From Octopus vulgaris (Eukaryota), in NCBI GenBank assembly GCA_951406725.2, contig OX597814.1:206894001-206958000 (forward strand): a DNA stretch of 64,000 bases. Direction: 5' to 3'. Shown here piece after piece: positions 24,181 through 37,946 of this stretch (positions within the stretch are counted from its first letter, which is position 1; every line of letters starts with the position of its first letter). The notes under the pieces are model-generated. The model had not been told where the DNA came from. It searched no databases and saw nothing but the letters and a program-made list of their open reading frames with translations. Both the position numbers and the translations under genes were made by a program.

Positions 24181-26297
24181 GAGTGAGTGCCACTTACACA
24201 TACATGCAAAAAAACATGCATGACAAAACACACATTCACTCACTCACTCCCTCTTTCACACACACATGCATGCACACACACACACACACACGTCCATTTC
24301 ATATATATGTACATACATCTTTCACTATCTGCTCTCACTTCAAAGCAAATGTCACCTTTTCACTCCACTTTCTCTTTCATTTTCTGCTATTTTAAAAGTA
24401 TAAAGAGATAAAAAATTCTTAAAGAAATTAACGAATGCATTTGAGAACTGAGTTGCCAATTTGAAAAGAATTCAGTACTCTTTTGGCCAACAAATAAACT
24501 TTATTTTCAGTTAAATATTTGATTAAAAAAAAAAAGATTAAGTTTATAATCTTTCGATAAGTAAACTTTCATAAATGACATTTTATGCCATAGTGATGGT
24601 CACATTTTCTGTATGAGTGTGTACCTTAAAAGCAATCCATTTCTGTACATGTTACGAGGAAACACATTCACCCACTTTCACTCCCACGTGCACATACACA
24701 TACAAAAAAGAAGTATGCATATGTATATATGTACATATATATGAAAGATGTGTGTGTGTGTGTGTGAGAGAGAGAGAAAAAGCAAGTAAGTGCCACAAAC
24801 AAAAAATAGATAGATGACAACACATGCCTTCACTCACTCTCTCATGCACATGCACACATAAATACACATCCATTTCACATACACATACATACATCTTTCA
24901 CTTTCTCCTCTCTCTCACTTTCTGCTCACACTTCAAAGCAAATATCACCTTTTCACTTTCTAATCCCACTTCAAAGCAAACATTGCCTTTTCACTTTCTC
25001 CTCTCTTCAAAGCATAAAGAAATAAAAAAAATTTATGGAAATTAACAAGCAATCATATGATTCCATATGGTAGACCATAGGATTGAATTGACAACTTTCC
25101 TGCTTCAAACAAAAGAATATCATAAAATAACTTCCTTTGGCACACACACACACACACACACACTCTAGGCAACACTTCTCTATGAATTATGTTTTTTCTT
25201 GTTATGTGCACACACAAAATTACAGCTCAAATCCAGTTGAAATCACCTTTTTCTATTCGTTAATTCGTGTTTGTGATGACTGTATTTAAAAACCTGATCT
25301 TTGATATGTACTTAAAAGGAAGTTCTCCCAGAAATCCTATCCTTTACCTGTTGTTTCTAGCATGTCCATGGTGACATTTGTGTCCCCCAGCCCCACCTGA
25401 TTTTTTTTTCTTAAATTTCTTCCAATTGTTAAGTTTTCAATACAGGAAATTAGTCTTTCATCCAAAAATATGTTCTCAGTATTATAATTTTCTCCCTTCC
25501 CACACAAATTTCTTCATTTTTTACTTTTTCAAAATTCTTTATTTGGTAATCCACAGCCAAAGCAAACAGAGAGTATGAATCTTTAAGAATGTTCTTTTTG
25601 CTTAAAGAAACACTAAAATCTCCTTCCCAAACATCCACCCATCACCTCACTACTTTCAAAAACCTACAACCCACCAATGTTTCACTTTTAGCATTTTAGA
25701 AAGCAGGGAAATTTAATGTTGTTCACCTGTTGTTTCTAGCATGTTGGGTTTTCTGGTAGTTGTCTGATATTTTTTACATTTACAATTCTACACATGGATG
25801 AAACATCAGACAGAAGTGAAACACTGGGTGTCTTTAGCTTTTTGAAAGTGGGTAGGTGATGGGTGGGCGAGGTGGGCATTGAATGTTTAAGATAAAAATT
25901 AAACTTTAAAAAAAAACAGATTTCCCAGATTCATGATCTCTGTATCTTTCTACATGGATGAAAAAATAAGAAATTAAAAAAGTTACAAATTAAGAAAGTG
26001 CAGTGGGGATGGGGGGGGGGATTAAAATTCTGAAAACGCGATTTCTGGGCAAAATCATATTAACCTCCTTTTATACAATGACACAATACATAGTTTGTGA
26101 TCCTTCTTAAGAACAGAGAGCACTTTCATGCAAACCCATGCAGATTGTAACCTTCCCGACCATTATTTTTAAACAAACGATAACTTTCATTACACCAGTA
26201 ATCCAGTTCACTATATAACAGTCCCATAAGAAAGGAACAAATAATACAATGTGGCTGTAGATCATAACACCCGGGCAACACCGGGATGCATTGCTAG
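23700..26297 (+). mobile_element. Non-autonomous Helitron-like element
   Basis: 5' A|TCTATCTATATATAAA followed by (GT)n. 3' hairpin CCCGGGCAACACCGGG then GCTAG|T. Inserted at A^T with no TSD. Contains an internal ~650 bp imperfect direct duplication. Confidence 0.75.
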
Positions 26298-26332
26298 TAC
26301 ATATATCATAATAAATAAATATATATTTTTTA

Positions 26333-26389
<57 letters not shown>

Positions 26390-26400
26390 CATCATATTAT

Positions 26401-26590
26401 AAGGCAGCAAGCTGGCAGCATCGTTAGCATGATGGATGAAATTCTTAGCAGTAATTTGTCTGTTGTTACATTCTGAGTTTAAATTCTGCCAAGGTTCACT
26501 TTACCTTTTATGCTTTCAGAGTCGATAAATTAAGTACCAGTGAAACACTGGGGTCGATGTCATCGACTCATTCCCTCCCCCAAATTTCAG
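26401..26590 (+). mobile_element. tRNA-derived SINE (family A)
   Basis: Head GGCAGCAAGCTGGCAG...GAGTTTAAATTC with A/B box-like motifs. Core GTCGATAAATTAAGTACCAG...GGGGTCGATGT. Confidence 0.75.
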
Positions 26591-26599
26591 ATGTTGTGC

Positions 26600-27036
26600 T
26601 TGTAGTAGGTCCGATGCCAATACCCCTTGACTGGCTCCCATGCCAGTGGCATGCAAAAGGCACCATCCAAACATGGCCAATGCCGGTACCCACTGACTGG
26701 CCCCTGTGCTGGTGGCACATAAGAAGCATCATCTGAACATCGCCAATGCCAGTGCTCCCTGATTGGCCCGTGCCGGTGGGACATAAAAGGCACTGTCTGA
26801 ACATGATCGATGCTAGGTCTGTCTGACTGGCTTCTGTGCCAGTGGAACATATAAGGTGCCCCCTACACTCTCGGGGTGGTTGGTGTTAGGAAGGGCATCC
26901 AGCTGTAGAAACTTTGCCAGATCAGACTGAATCCTGGTGCAGTAACTGGCTCTCCAGATCTCAGTCAAATAGTCCAATCCATGCCAGCAGGGAAAACGGA
27001 CATTAAAAGATGATGATGATGATGATGATGATGATA
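26600..27036 (+). mobile_element. RTE 3' tail with internal tandem repeats and (GAT)n
   Basis: TTAGGAAGGGCATCCAGCTGTAGAAA...GGAAAACGGACATTAAAAGATGATGAT. Confidence 0.8.
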
Positions 27037-27119
27037 TCATTTAAAATATTCATATTATATATTACCTGTATGTATGTACATAGATATATATACACACACA
27101 TACAGACATACCAACATAT

Positions 27120-28030
27120 TCAGTGCAAAATTATAAATAACATGAAGATGAGGTGAAGAAAGGAAAATAGATATAAAAGTCTTTTACATTTCAAACATAC
27201 ACTCTTCTTCAAGAAAAATAGAAAATGGAACATAAAATAAAGAGAGAAAAAAAACGAACATGTCTGAATTGGACTGTCACTGTAAGCTGAAATGACCAGA
27301 GGAGGAAGAGGTTGCTAAAGGCATAAGTGGCAAGGGGGATAACTGTGAAACTGTTACCTATGGGTGTGTGAGCACAAACATCAATGCATGACATGTGTGT
27401 ATTATAAGCTGTATATTTGTGTGTCTGTATATGTGTGTGTGTATAAGGCTATGTGACACGTGTGTGTGTACATTAAACTATTACGTGCATATATACTGTA
27501 TGCATGGTTATGTGTGTGGCTGTGTGTGAACATGTGTGTGCGTGAGTCCTTGTTTTCTGTTTATGTGTTCATACATGTGTGCTTATGAAGCTATTGTGTG
27601 TGTGTATATCTTGTGTGTGTGTGTTAAGTGTGTGAAACTGGATAGAGGTGTTTGGTGGAAGATGGGTGGGGAAAGTGGTAGGTATTGGGAAGTGTAGGTG
27701 TGTTATGACATAGTTGCTGTTATAAGCGTGTGGATGGGTAGCATGAGGGGTGGGTGGGTGCTATTGTGGGCGAAGGAAGAGGAGAAGGAGTGGATGCGTG
27801 TACATGCTGTTTGAATATGTTGGTGGGTGTGTGGTGTTGGGTAATGAGTTCAACGGTGTAGAGTAGGTGTGTGTGTGGGTGGGTAGATGTTGAGGGGACA
27901 CTGGGAATGTAAAAGGTGGAGGTGTGAAGGATGGTTTGAAATGAAAAGGGATGGAGAATTTAGACTGTAAGAGAAACGAGTGGTGTGGAATGGAGTGTAA
28001 CAGAAGAAGAGATCAGCATTGCATCAGACA
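27120..28030 (-). mobile_element. Highly decayed Penelope-like 3' region
   Basis: 27180-27216 mirrors the hammerhead-like terminus at 13221-13260. The GT-rich body is the compositional mirror of 12400-13200. Confidence 0.45.
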
Positions 28031-28551
28031 TAAGTTTCTTTAAATGGAATGTAACAGTGATGACATCATTTATAATTATCCAGATTTTGGGGACTGGTCA
28101 GTGATCAAGTGTCTCAAATCTATAAACTCTGAGTGTTACACAAATAGAAATCACCACGTCCTTCCTGTAGCCAATTGCCACATGTTTCCAAATGAGGGAA
28201 TACTCCCCCATGGTCAGACATGTTTTTCATGGAAGACCGAAAATGACACAACATCACTTGTGTGATGGTGATGTTCATTTACAACCATCGTGTGCTGTCA
28301 ACACCTGGCTACTCACCCTCACACACACACACATATATATATGTATGCATGTATACACGATGAGCTTCTTTCAGTTTCTATCAACGAAACCCACTCCCAA
28401 GGCTTTGCCAATCACTGACCTATAACAGAAGACACTTGTCCAAAATGCTGTGAGTGGAATTGAACCTGAAACCACGTGATCAGGAAGCAAGCTTCTCAAC
28501 CACACATGGATCTAAAAAGAAACATTAACTATAAAAAATGGTATTACTAAC

Positions 28552-29877
28552 CTTTCTTCACAATGGCTGCAGCAACTCCTCCTCTGTGTTCCAGTCTGCC
28601 ATTTGCAGCATTAACAATAGCATCTGTGTCCAGAGTCGTGATGTCACCTTCCTTCAACACTATTTCACAGTTCTTATACTTAACATTGACTATTTGCTCT
28701 TGTGTTCTTTCCGAGTGAAACGCATCCTTCACTTTTTCTTCACTAAAATCATTGAATTCTTGTTCATTGGACTCTCTATGAAAGGGGTAATGTTCAGAAG
28801 GCCTCGATGTATAAGATTCATAAGTTAAAGATTGCTCAAAGTTATCAATTTTGCTTTTTATATCATTAACTACAAAATCAACTGCAACAATAGAATTTTC
28901 TCCAATAAAACAGAAATCTGGAAACTCTTCTTTTAAACTTTCAACAAATGTCAGCCACTTTACATGACTTGGAGTATCCTTAATTTTGTCTACAAAATCC
29001 AGTGTATTGGCAACAAAAATTTCTTTCATAATTTCTTCCAAAAGTGAAAGATGTGTTTTATCACTTGCATAAAGTAATACTGAATCACCATCACCCGTTT
29101 CCCATGAGCCAATACATTTCTTGTTTCTCAGGTTTCCATCAAGATATTCTTTCACTTGTTTTTTATTTATGATCATTCCAGTATTTAAAGGCAAACACAG
29201 TTTGGATTTAACAATTGACTTAAGAATTTTATACATTTTCTTTTGACAAGTATCTATTTCGGAAAACTGGCCTTCAAAAACAACTTTGTTACTAAGAACT
29301 GTGACTTTTAGACCTTCAAATTGTCCTTCAGCCTGCTCAAAAAATCCGAGATCAGATAGAATACGTCTTTCATGAATACTTAAATCATCCTCACGTTCAG
29401 TTCTAAGATTATCCAAAAGTCTCTTTTTCATTTTAATCACGTTACTTTTATCGAATCCGAGAATATGAGCTTTATGATATTGGTTATCAAAAGAAAAATA
29501 CTTCCGCTCATCTTCACTGTCAACTGTTCCAACAACGTCTTCAAACATATCATCTGGAACATCAATAGTTTCAACAGTAATGGAATTTAATAAATCTTTC
29601 AAACACTGTTCAATTTCTTCAAAATTTTCTTCAGAATATTTAAATCTCAGTTTATTAATCTTGGAATCTTCCCAAAGAACATCAGCCAAAGACTTTAATT
29701 GGTCATTAACTTCAGTTCTATGTTTCTTTAAAAAATTCAGATGGAACTTGGTAGGTAGTGAATAGTCATGGACTTGCTGTTTTGAAATGATATTTTCTTC
29801 AGGTGGTTTCCAGAATGGTTGAACATCTAACTTCACACCTTCCAATTGATGTGGCATTCTACAAACGTTCAGCACAA
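28552..29877 (-). CDS. PARP14: PARP14-like large exon: end of RRM2, KH-like region, N-terminal half of Macro1
   Basis: 442-aa ORF bounded by tttAG and GTtag, 1326 nt, phase 1-1. Ends in IVLKEGDITTLDTDAIVNAANGRLEHRGGVAAAIVKK, a classic macrodomain. Confidence 0.93.
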
Positions 29878-30085
29878 CTAAATTATGAAAAAGTAAAAAG
29901 ATAAAATCATTTCATTAGTGAGGAATTAGGGGTGAGCTGGGGAGTTCAGTGGGTAAATACAGAAAAGTATTTCAAGAGTAAGTTATATGTTATTATTATA
30001 ATAAATTAGAAAACAGAAAAATATAATCAACATTTAACTGATACTAAGTAAACACTATCTCTATTAATTATAATAAATACTAGAA

Positions 30086-33000
30086 ACATCACTGGAATGT
30101 TGGTTTCAAATTTTGGCACAAGGCCAGCAATTTCAGGAGAGTGGCTAAGTCAATTACATCAACCCCAGTGCTCAACTGGTACTTATTTTATTGACCATAA
30201 ACATCACTGGAATTTTGGTTTCAAATTTAGGCACAAGGCCAGCAATTTCAGGAGAGTGGCTAAGTCAATTACATCAACCCCAGTGCTCAACTGGTACTTA
30301 TTTTATTGACCATAAACATCACTGGAATTTGGTTTCAAATTTTGGCACAAGGCCAGCAATTTCAGGAGAGTGGCTAAGTCAATACATCAACCCCAGTGCT
30401 CAACTGGTACTTATTTTATTGACCATAAACATCACTGGAATTTTGGTTTCAAATTTTGGCACAAGGCCAGCAATTTCAGGAGAGTGGCTAAGTCAATTAC
30501 ATCAACCCCAGTGCACAACTGGTACTTATTTTATTGACCATAAACATCACTGGAATGTTGGTTCAAATTTTGGCACAAGGCCAGCAATTTCAGGAGAGTG
30601 GCTAAGTCAATTACATCAACCCCAGTGCACAACTGGTACTTATTTTATTGACCATAAACATCACTGGAATGTTGGTTTCAAATTTTGGCACAAGGCCAGC
30701 AATTTCAGGAGAGTGGCTAAGTCAATTACATCAACCCCAGTGCTCAACTGGTACTTATTTTATGACCATAAACATCACTGGAATTTTGGTTTCAAATTTT
30801 GGCACAAGGCCAGCAATTTCAGGAGAGTGCTAAGTCAATTACATCAACCCCAGTGCTCAACTGGTACTTATTTTATTGACCATAAACATCACTGGAATTT
30901 TGGTTTCAAATTTTGGCACAAGGCCAGCAATTTCAGGAGAGTGGCTAAGTCAATTACATCAACCCCAGTGCTCAACTGGTACTTATTTTATTGACCATAA
31001 ACATCACTGGAATTTTGGTTTCAAATTTTGGCACAAGGCCAGCAATTTCAGGAGAGTGGCTAAGTCAATTACATCAACCCCAGTGCTCAACTGGTACTTA
31101 TTTTATTGACCATAAACATCACTGGAATTTTGGTTTCAAATTTTGGCACAAGGCCAGCAATTTCAGGAGAGTGGCTAAGTCAATTACATCAACCCCAGTG
31201 CTCAACTGGTACTTATTTTATTGACCATAAACATCACTGGAATTTTGGTTTCAAATTTTGGCACAAGGCCAGCAATTTCAGGAGAGTGGCTAAGTCAATT
31301 ACATCAACCCCAGTGCTCAACTGGTACTTATTTTATTGACCATAAACATCACTGGAATTTTGGTTTCAAATTTTGGCACAAGGCCAGCAATTTCAGGAGA
31401 GTGGCAAAATTACATCAACCCCAGTGCTCAACTGGTACTTATTTTATTGACCATAAACATCACTGGAATGTTTGGTTTCAAATTTTGGCACAAGGCCAGC
31501 AATTTCAGGAGAGTGGCTAAGTGGCAATTACATCAACCCCAGTGCTCAACTGGTACTTATTTTATTGACCATAAACATCACTGGAATTTTGGTTTCAAAT
31601 TTTGGCACAAGCCAGCAATTTCGGAGAGTGCTAAGTCAATTACATCAACCCCAGTGCTCAACTGGTACTTATTTTATTGACCATAAACATCACTGGAATG
31701 TTGGTTTCAAATTTTGGCACAAGGCCAGCAATTTCAGGAGAGTGGCTAAGTCAATTACATCAACCCCAGTGCTCAACTGGTACTTATTTTTATTGACCAT
31801 AAACATCACTGGAATTTTGGTTTCAAATTTTGTTTCAAATTTGGCACAAGGCCAGCAATTTCAGGAGAGTGGCTAAGTCAATTACATCAACCCCAGTGCT
31901 CAACTGGTACTTATTTTATTGACCATAAACATCACTGGAATTTTGGTTTCAAATTTTGGCACAAGGCCAGCAATTTCAGGAGAGTGACTAAGTCAATTAC
32001 ATCAACCCCAGTGCTCAACTGGTACTTATTTTATTGACCATAAACATCACTGGAATTTTGGTTTCAAATTTTGGCACAAGGCCAGCAATTTCAGGAGAGT
32101 GGGTCAATTACATCAACCCCAGTGCTCAACTGGTACTTATTTTATTGACCATAAACATCACTGGAATTTTGTTTCAAATTTTGGCACAAGGCCAGCAATT
32201 TCAGGAGAGTGGCTAAGTCAATTACATCAACCCCAGTGCACAACTGGTACTTATTTTATTGACCATAAACATCACTGGAATTTTGGTTTCAAATTTTGGC
32301 ACAAGGCCAGCAATTTCAGGAGAGTGGCTAAGTCAATTACATCAACCCCAGTGCTCAACTGGTACTTATTTTATTGACCATAAACATCACTGGAATTTTG
32401 GTTTCAAATTTTGGCACAAGGCCAGCAATTTCAGGAGAGTGGCTAAGTCAATTTCATCAACCCCAGTGCTCAACTGGTACTTATTTTATTGACCATAAAC
32501 ATCACTGGAATGTTGGTTTCAAATTTTGGCACAAGGCCAGCAATTTCAGGAGAGTGGCTAAGTCAATTACATCAACCCCAGTGCTCAACTGGTACTTATT
32601 TTATTGACCATAAACATCACTGGAATGTTTGTTTCAAATTTTGGCACAAGGCCAGCAATTTCAGGAGAGTGGCTAAGTCAATTACATCAACCCCAGTGCT
32701 CAACTGGTACTTATTTTATTGACCATAAACATCACTGGAATTTTGGTTTCAAATTTTGGCACAAGGCCAGCAATTTCAGGAGAGTGGCTAAGTCAATTAC
32801 ATCAACCCCAGTGCTCAACTGGTACTTATTTTATTGACCATAAACATCACTGGAATTTTGGTTTCAAATTTTGGCACAAGGCCAGCAATTTCAGGAGAGT
32901 GGCTAAGTCAATTACATCAACCCCAGTGCTCAACTGGTACTTATTTTATTGACCATAAACATCACTGGAATTTTGGTTTCAAATTTTGGCACAAGGCCAG

Positions 33001-35790
33001 CAATTTCAGGAGAGTGGCTAAGTCAATTACATCAACCCCAGTGCTCAACTGGTACTTATTTTATTGACCATAAACATCACTGGAATGTTGGATTCAAATT
33101 TTGGCACAAGACCAGCAATTTCGGGAGAGTGGCTAAGTCAATTACATCAACCCCAGTGCTTAACTGGTACTTATTTTATTGACCATAAACATCACTGGAA
33201 TGTTGGTTTCAAATTTTGGCACAAGGCCAGCAATTTCAGGAGAGTGGCTAAGTCAATTACATCAACCCCAGTGCTCAACTGGTACTTATTTTATTGACCA
33301 TAAACATCACTGGAATTTTGGTTTCAAATTTTGGCACAAGGCCAGCAATTTCAGGAGAGTGGCTAAGTCAATTACATCAACCCCAGTGCTCAACTGGTAC
33401 TTATTTTATTGACCATAAACATCACTGGAATTTTGGTTTCAAATTTTGGCACAAGGCCAGCAATTTCAGGAGAGTGGCTAAGTCAATTACATCAACCCCA
33501 GTGCTCAACTGGTACTTATTTTATTGACCATAAACATCACTGGAATTTTGGTTTCAAATTTTGGCACAAGGCCAGCAATTTCAGGAGAGTGGCTAAGTCA
33601 ATTACATCAACCCCAGTGCTCAACTGGTACTTATTTTATTGACCATAAACATCACTGGAATTTTGGTTTCAAATTTTGGCACAAGGCCAGCAATTTCAGG
33701 AGAGTGGCTAAGTCAATTACATCAACCCCAGTGCTCAACTGGTACTTATTTTATTGACCATAAACATCACTGGAATGTTGGTTTCAAATTTTGGCACAAG
33801 ACCAGCAATTTCAGGAGAGTGACTAAGTCAATTACATCAACCCCAGTGATCAACTGCTACTTATTTTACTGACCATAAACATCACTGGAATGTTTGTTTC
33901 AAATCTTGGCACAAGACCAGCAATTTCAGGAGAGTGGCTAAGTCAATTACATCAACCCCAGTGCTCAACTGGTACTTATTTTATTGACCATAAACATCAC
34001 TGGAATGTTTGTTTCAAATCTTGGCACAAGGCCAGCAATTTCGGGAGGTTGGCTAAGTCAATTACATCAACCCCAGTGCTCAACTGGTACTTATTTTATT
34101 GACCATAAACATCACTGGAATGTTGGTTTCAAATTTTGGCACAAGACCAGCAATTTCAGGAGAGTGACTAAGTCAATTACATCAACCCCAGTGATCAACT
34201 GTTTCTTATTTTATTGACCATAAACATCACTGGAATGTTGGTTTCAAATTTTGGCACAAGACCAGCAATTTCAGGAGAGTGGCTAAGTCAATTACATCAA
34301 CCCCAGTGCTCAACTGGTACTTATTTTATTGACCATAAACATCACTGGAATTTTGGTTTCAAATTTTGGCACAAGGCCAGCAATTTCAGGAGAGTGACTA
34401 AGTCAATTACATCAACCCCAGTGCTCAACTGGTACTTATTTTATTGACCATAAACATCACTGGAATGTTGGTTTCAAATTTGGCACAAGGCCAGCAATTT
34501 CAGGAGAGTGACTAAGTCAATTACATCAACCCCAGTGCTCAACTGGTACTTATTTTATTGACCATAAACATCACTGGAATGTTGGTTTCAAATTTTGTCA
34601 CAAGGCCAGCAATTTCAGGAGAGTGGCTAAGTCAATTACATCAACCCCAGTGCTCAACTGGTACTTATTTTATTGACCATAAACATCACTGGAATTTTGG
34701 TTTCAAATTTTGGCACAAGGCCAGCAATTTCAGGAGAGTGGCTAAGTCAATTACATCAACCCCAGTGCTCAACTGGTACTTATTTTATTGACCATAAACA
34801 TCACTGGAATTTTGGTTTCAAATTTTGGCACAAGGCCAGCAATTTCAGGAGAGTGGCTAAGTCAATTACATCAACCCCAGTGCTCAACTGGTACTTATTT
34901 TATTGACCATAAACATCACTGGAATTTTGGTTTCAAATTTTGGCACAAGGCCAGCAATTTCAGGAGAGTGGCTAAGTCAATTACATCAACCCCAGTGCTC
35001 AACTGGTACTTATTTTATTGACCATAAACATCACTGGAATTTTGGTTTCAAATTTTGGCACAAGGCCAGCAATTTCAGGAGAGTGGCTAAGTCAATTACA
35101 TCAACACCAGTGCACAACTGGTACTTATTTTATTAACAATATACATCACTGGAATTTTGGTTTCAAATTTGGCACAAGGCCAGCAATTTCAGGAGAGTGG
35201 CTAAGTCAATTACATCAACCCCAGTGCTCAACTGGTACTTATTTTATTGACCATAAACATCACTGGAATGTTGGTTTCAAATTTTGGCACAAGGCCAGCA
35301 ATTTCAGGAGAGTGACTAAGTCAATTACATCAACACCAGTGCACAACTGGTACTTATTTTATTGACCATAAACATCACTGGAATGTTGGTTTCAAATTTT
35401 GGCACAAGGCCAGCAATTTCAGGACAGTGGCTAAGTCAATTACATCAACCCCAGTGCTCAACTGGTACTTATTTTATTGACCATAAACATCACTGGAATT
35501 TTTTGTTTCAAATTTTGACACAAGGCCAGCAATTTCAGGAGAGTGGCTAAGTCAATTACATCAACCCCAGTGCACAACTGGTACTTATTTTATTGACCTT
35601 AAACATCACTGGAATGTTGGTTTCAAATTTTGGCACAAGGCCAGCAATTTCAGGAGAGTGGCTAAGTCAATTACATCAACACCAGTGCTCAACTGGTACT
35701 TTTTTTATTGACCTTAAATATCACTAGAATGTTGGTTTCAAATTTTGGCACAAGGCCAGCAATTTCAGGACAGTGTCTAAGTACACTACA
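30086..35790 (-). repeat. 115-bp tandem satellite, ~50 near-identical copies, derived from a SINE core
   Basis: Unit CATCACTGGAAT[T/G]TTGGTTTCAAATTTTGGCACAAGGCCAGCAATTTCAGGAGAGTGGCTAAGTCAATTACATCAACCCCAGTGCTCAACTGGTACTTATTTTATTGACCATAAA. ORFs recur every 115 nt. Confidence 0.97.
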
Positions 35791-35926
35791 TCGATTGCAG
35801 TGTGTATGCAAAAGGATGAAAGACAAAGTCGTCCCTGGCAAAATTTGAACTTTGAGTGTTAAGATGGCTGAAATGCCGCTCGCCATTTCGTCCAACATGC
35901 TAATCATTCTGCCAGATCCCCACCAT
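35790..35926 (-). mobile_element. tRNA-like SINE head contiguous with the satellite
   Basis: AAAGGATGAAAGACAAAGTCG...AAATTTGAACT...ATGCTAATCATTCTGCCAG matches the SINE at 60305-60527. Confidence 0.75.
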
Positions 35927-36074
35927 AATCACTGAAATAATAAGAACCCTCATCATCAGTTAACATCTATTGTTCATACTGATATGGTTTGCACAGTTTT
36001 CCCAGGGCTGGTAAGCTGGAAGGCTGCGCCAGACTCCAGTCTGGTTTGGAGTGGTTTTCTATAGCTGGATACTT

Positions 36075-36225
36075 TGTGATAGCCAACCCTTTCCATGCCC
36101 AGATTTGTATGTCTTCTCTTGCAGTTCGTGATAATTTGATTATCAATTAAGAGCTGATCCTTCGTTCCCTGGCTCCTTTTATGGTACCCTTTCTGTTCAA
36201 TGGGTAGCAACCCACTTTTATCCAA
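36075..36225 (-). mobile_element. R4/Dong-like RT fragment
   Basis: [39 protein letters not shown]. Confidence 0.75.
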
Positions 36226-36228
36226 GTA

Positions 36229-36720
36229 TCAAGATATGACGTTCAGAAAGTCCAGTGTTAGAGTTCTTGGAGTTAAAGCTAGTGGTTAATATTTATCTTA
36301 TATTCTTAATAAATTTCTTCCTTTCCCGAAAGGAAAGGTTTTTCAATTGCCTACGTAAACCACAGAAGTCATTCACTTTCTATCACCCACCCAAAAATGG
36401 TTTACTCCTAGAAAGATGACTAAAAGTTATGAGTTCCTCACATGAACATTCAAAACCATTTTTATCACCGAATAGGTTCCATATTTTAAGTGAAGAATTT
36501 GAGCACTCTCCCAAGAAAATCCATCATACGAGTGAATAAATTTATCTAAACTAAACCTTTCACCAGACGATGTCCCTGTCTTGGTGCTGGGATTGAGTTT
36601 CTGCCCAAAGACTAAGAATTTTGACAAGAATAAAATCCAGCTCAAGGGCTATCCACTGTCACAAGCTGAAAGAATGTTTTTTTATAACATACAAGCAGCG
36701 ATACTTGGCATTGCTCGGGA
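36229..36720 (-). mobile_element. Penelope-like fragment, same family as 54664-55110
   Basis: 36229-36409 is the near-exact reverse complement of 54664-54844. Confidence 0.65.
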
Positions 36721-37299
36721 TTAAAATGGCATAGTTTTTGCTGTTTTACTTGTTTCAGTCATGTGAATGGCCATGCTGTAGCACCACCTTTAGTCAAACA
36801 AACAGACCCAAGGATTTATTTTTTCTGAGCATAGTACTTATTCTGTTGCTGTCTTTTGCCGAACTGCTAAGTTACGGGGACCTGAACACAACAACATCAT
36901 TTGTCAAGCAATGGTGGGGGTACAAACACAGACATACACACAAATATACATATCTATACGACAGTCTTCTTTCAGTTTCCGTGTGCAAAATCCACTCGCA
37001 AGGCTTGGTTGGCCTCAGGCTATTATATAAACATGTATATATATATATACATAACTACAGGAGCCTTAAGGAGAAAAACTTCCCCAAGGAAAGACAACCA
37101 ATTTCTCCAAGGAAAAAATTTACAAAAGAAGTGTCCTCTTCAGATGTTATACGCGACACAGCAGCTGAGCAAGAGTCTTTTTTGTGCATGACACAAAGGA
37201 TTGTACAACAGCTAACCTGGGTACACCAAACACGAACAAGGAACCTTGCCCACCACTGCACAAGACCACTACAGTCAACAGACACGGGATGGCCTCCCC

Positions 37300-37946
37300 C
37301 AACGCCTGCACAGTCGTCACTCTAATACTTTTACTAAATATTGGGGGCCTGCTGCATCATAATAAAAACAAAATTTCTTTCCTGAGAGATCTTACTGCAT
37401 GCAATCAATCCCTATGCATAGCACTCATGGAAACTCACTTCAGCCCTGATATAGATGATGCAGAAGTACACGTACCAAACTATGCCATACTGCAAACAGA
37501 CAGAAGGGAAAGGAGCCATGGTGGAGTTGCTGTATACATTTGTGATGACCTCACACCCAGTTCTTACTGTCATACTCAAATTCGGTATGGGATACTCTAA
37601 TTGTATACATAAGACATCATAATATAGTCATATGCAATACATATTGCCCACCAGATGCTCCAAACCAAATAGGCAAGTTTGAAGGTTGCCTCACAAGAAT
37701 TAAAGAAATCCTCATGAATCTGGAACACCATGCGACCATATTTCTTATGGGTGATTTCAACTTCCCCAACGTCAAATGGCCTGAAGGTCTCACACTCTCA
37801 GGAATGACTCATTGCAAGCAAGCACAGGTGGAGTCTCTGCTCAACCTCACCAATGCCCTATTCCTGGAGCAAGCTGTAATCAGACCAACTAGGGCGAATA
37901 ACATTCTGGATCTCTGCTTCACGAACAATATGGACATCATTCATGA
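37300..37946 (+). mobile_element. CR1/L2-group LINE apurinic-type endonuclease fragment
   Basis: LLNIGGL, IALMETH, TDRRERSHGGVAVYI, LMGDFNFPNVKW, PTRANNILDLCFTN. Confidence 0.85.

Noticed and set aside
30086-35790. CRISPR-like array or repeated 77-aa protein
   Set aside because: Units are wholly identical with no unique spacers, there are no cas genes, and the context is a eukaryotic intron. 115 is not a multiple of 3, so the ORFs are by-products of the repeat.
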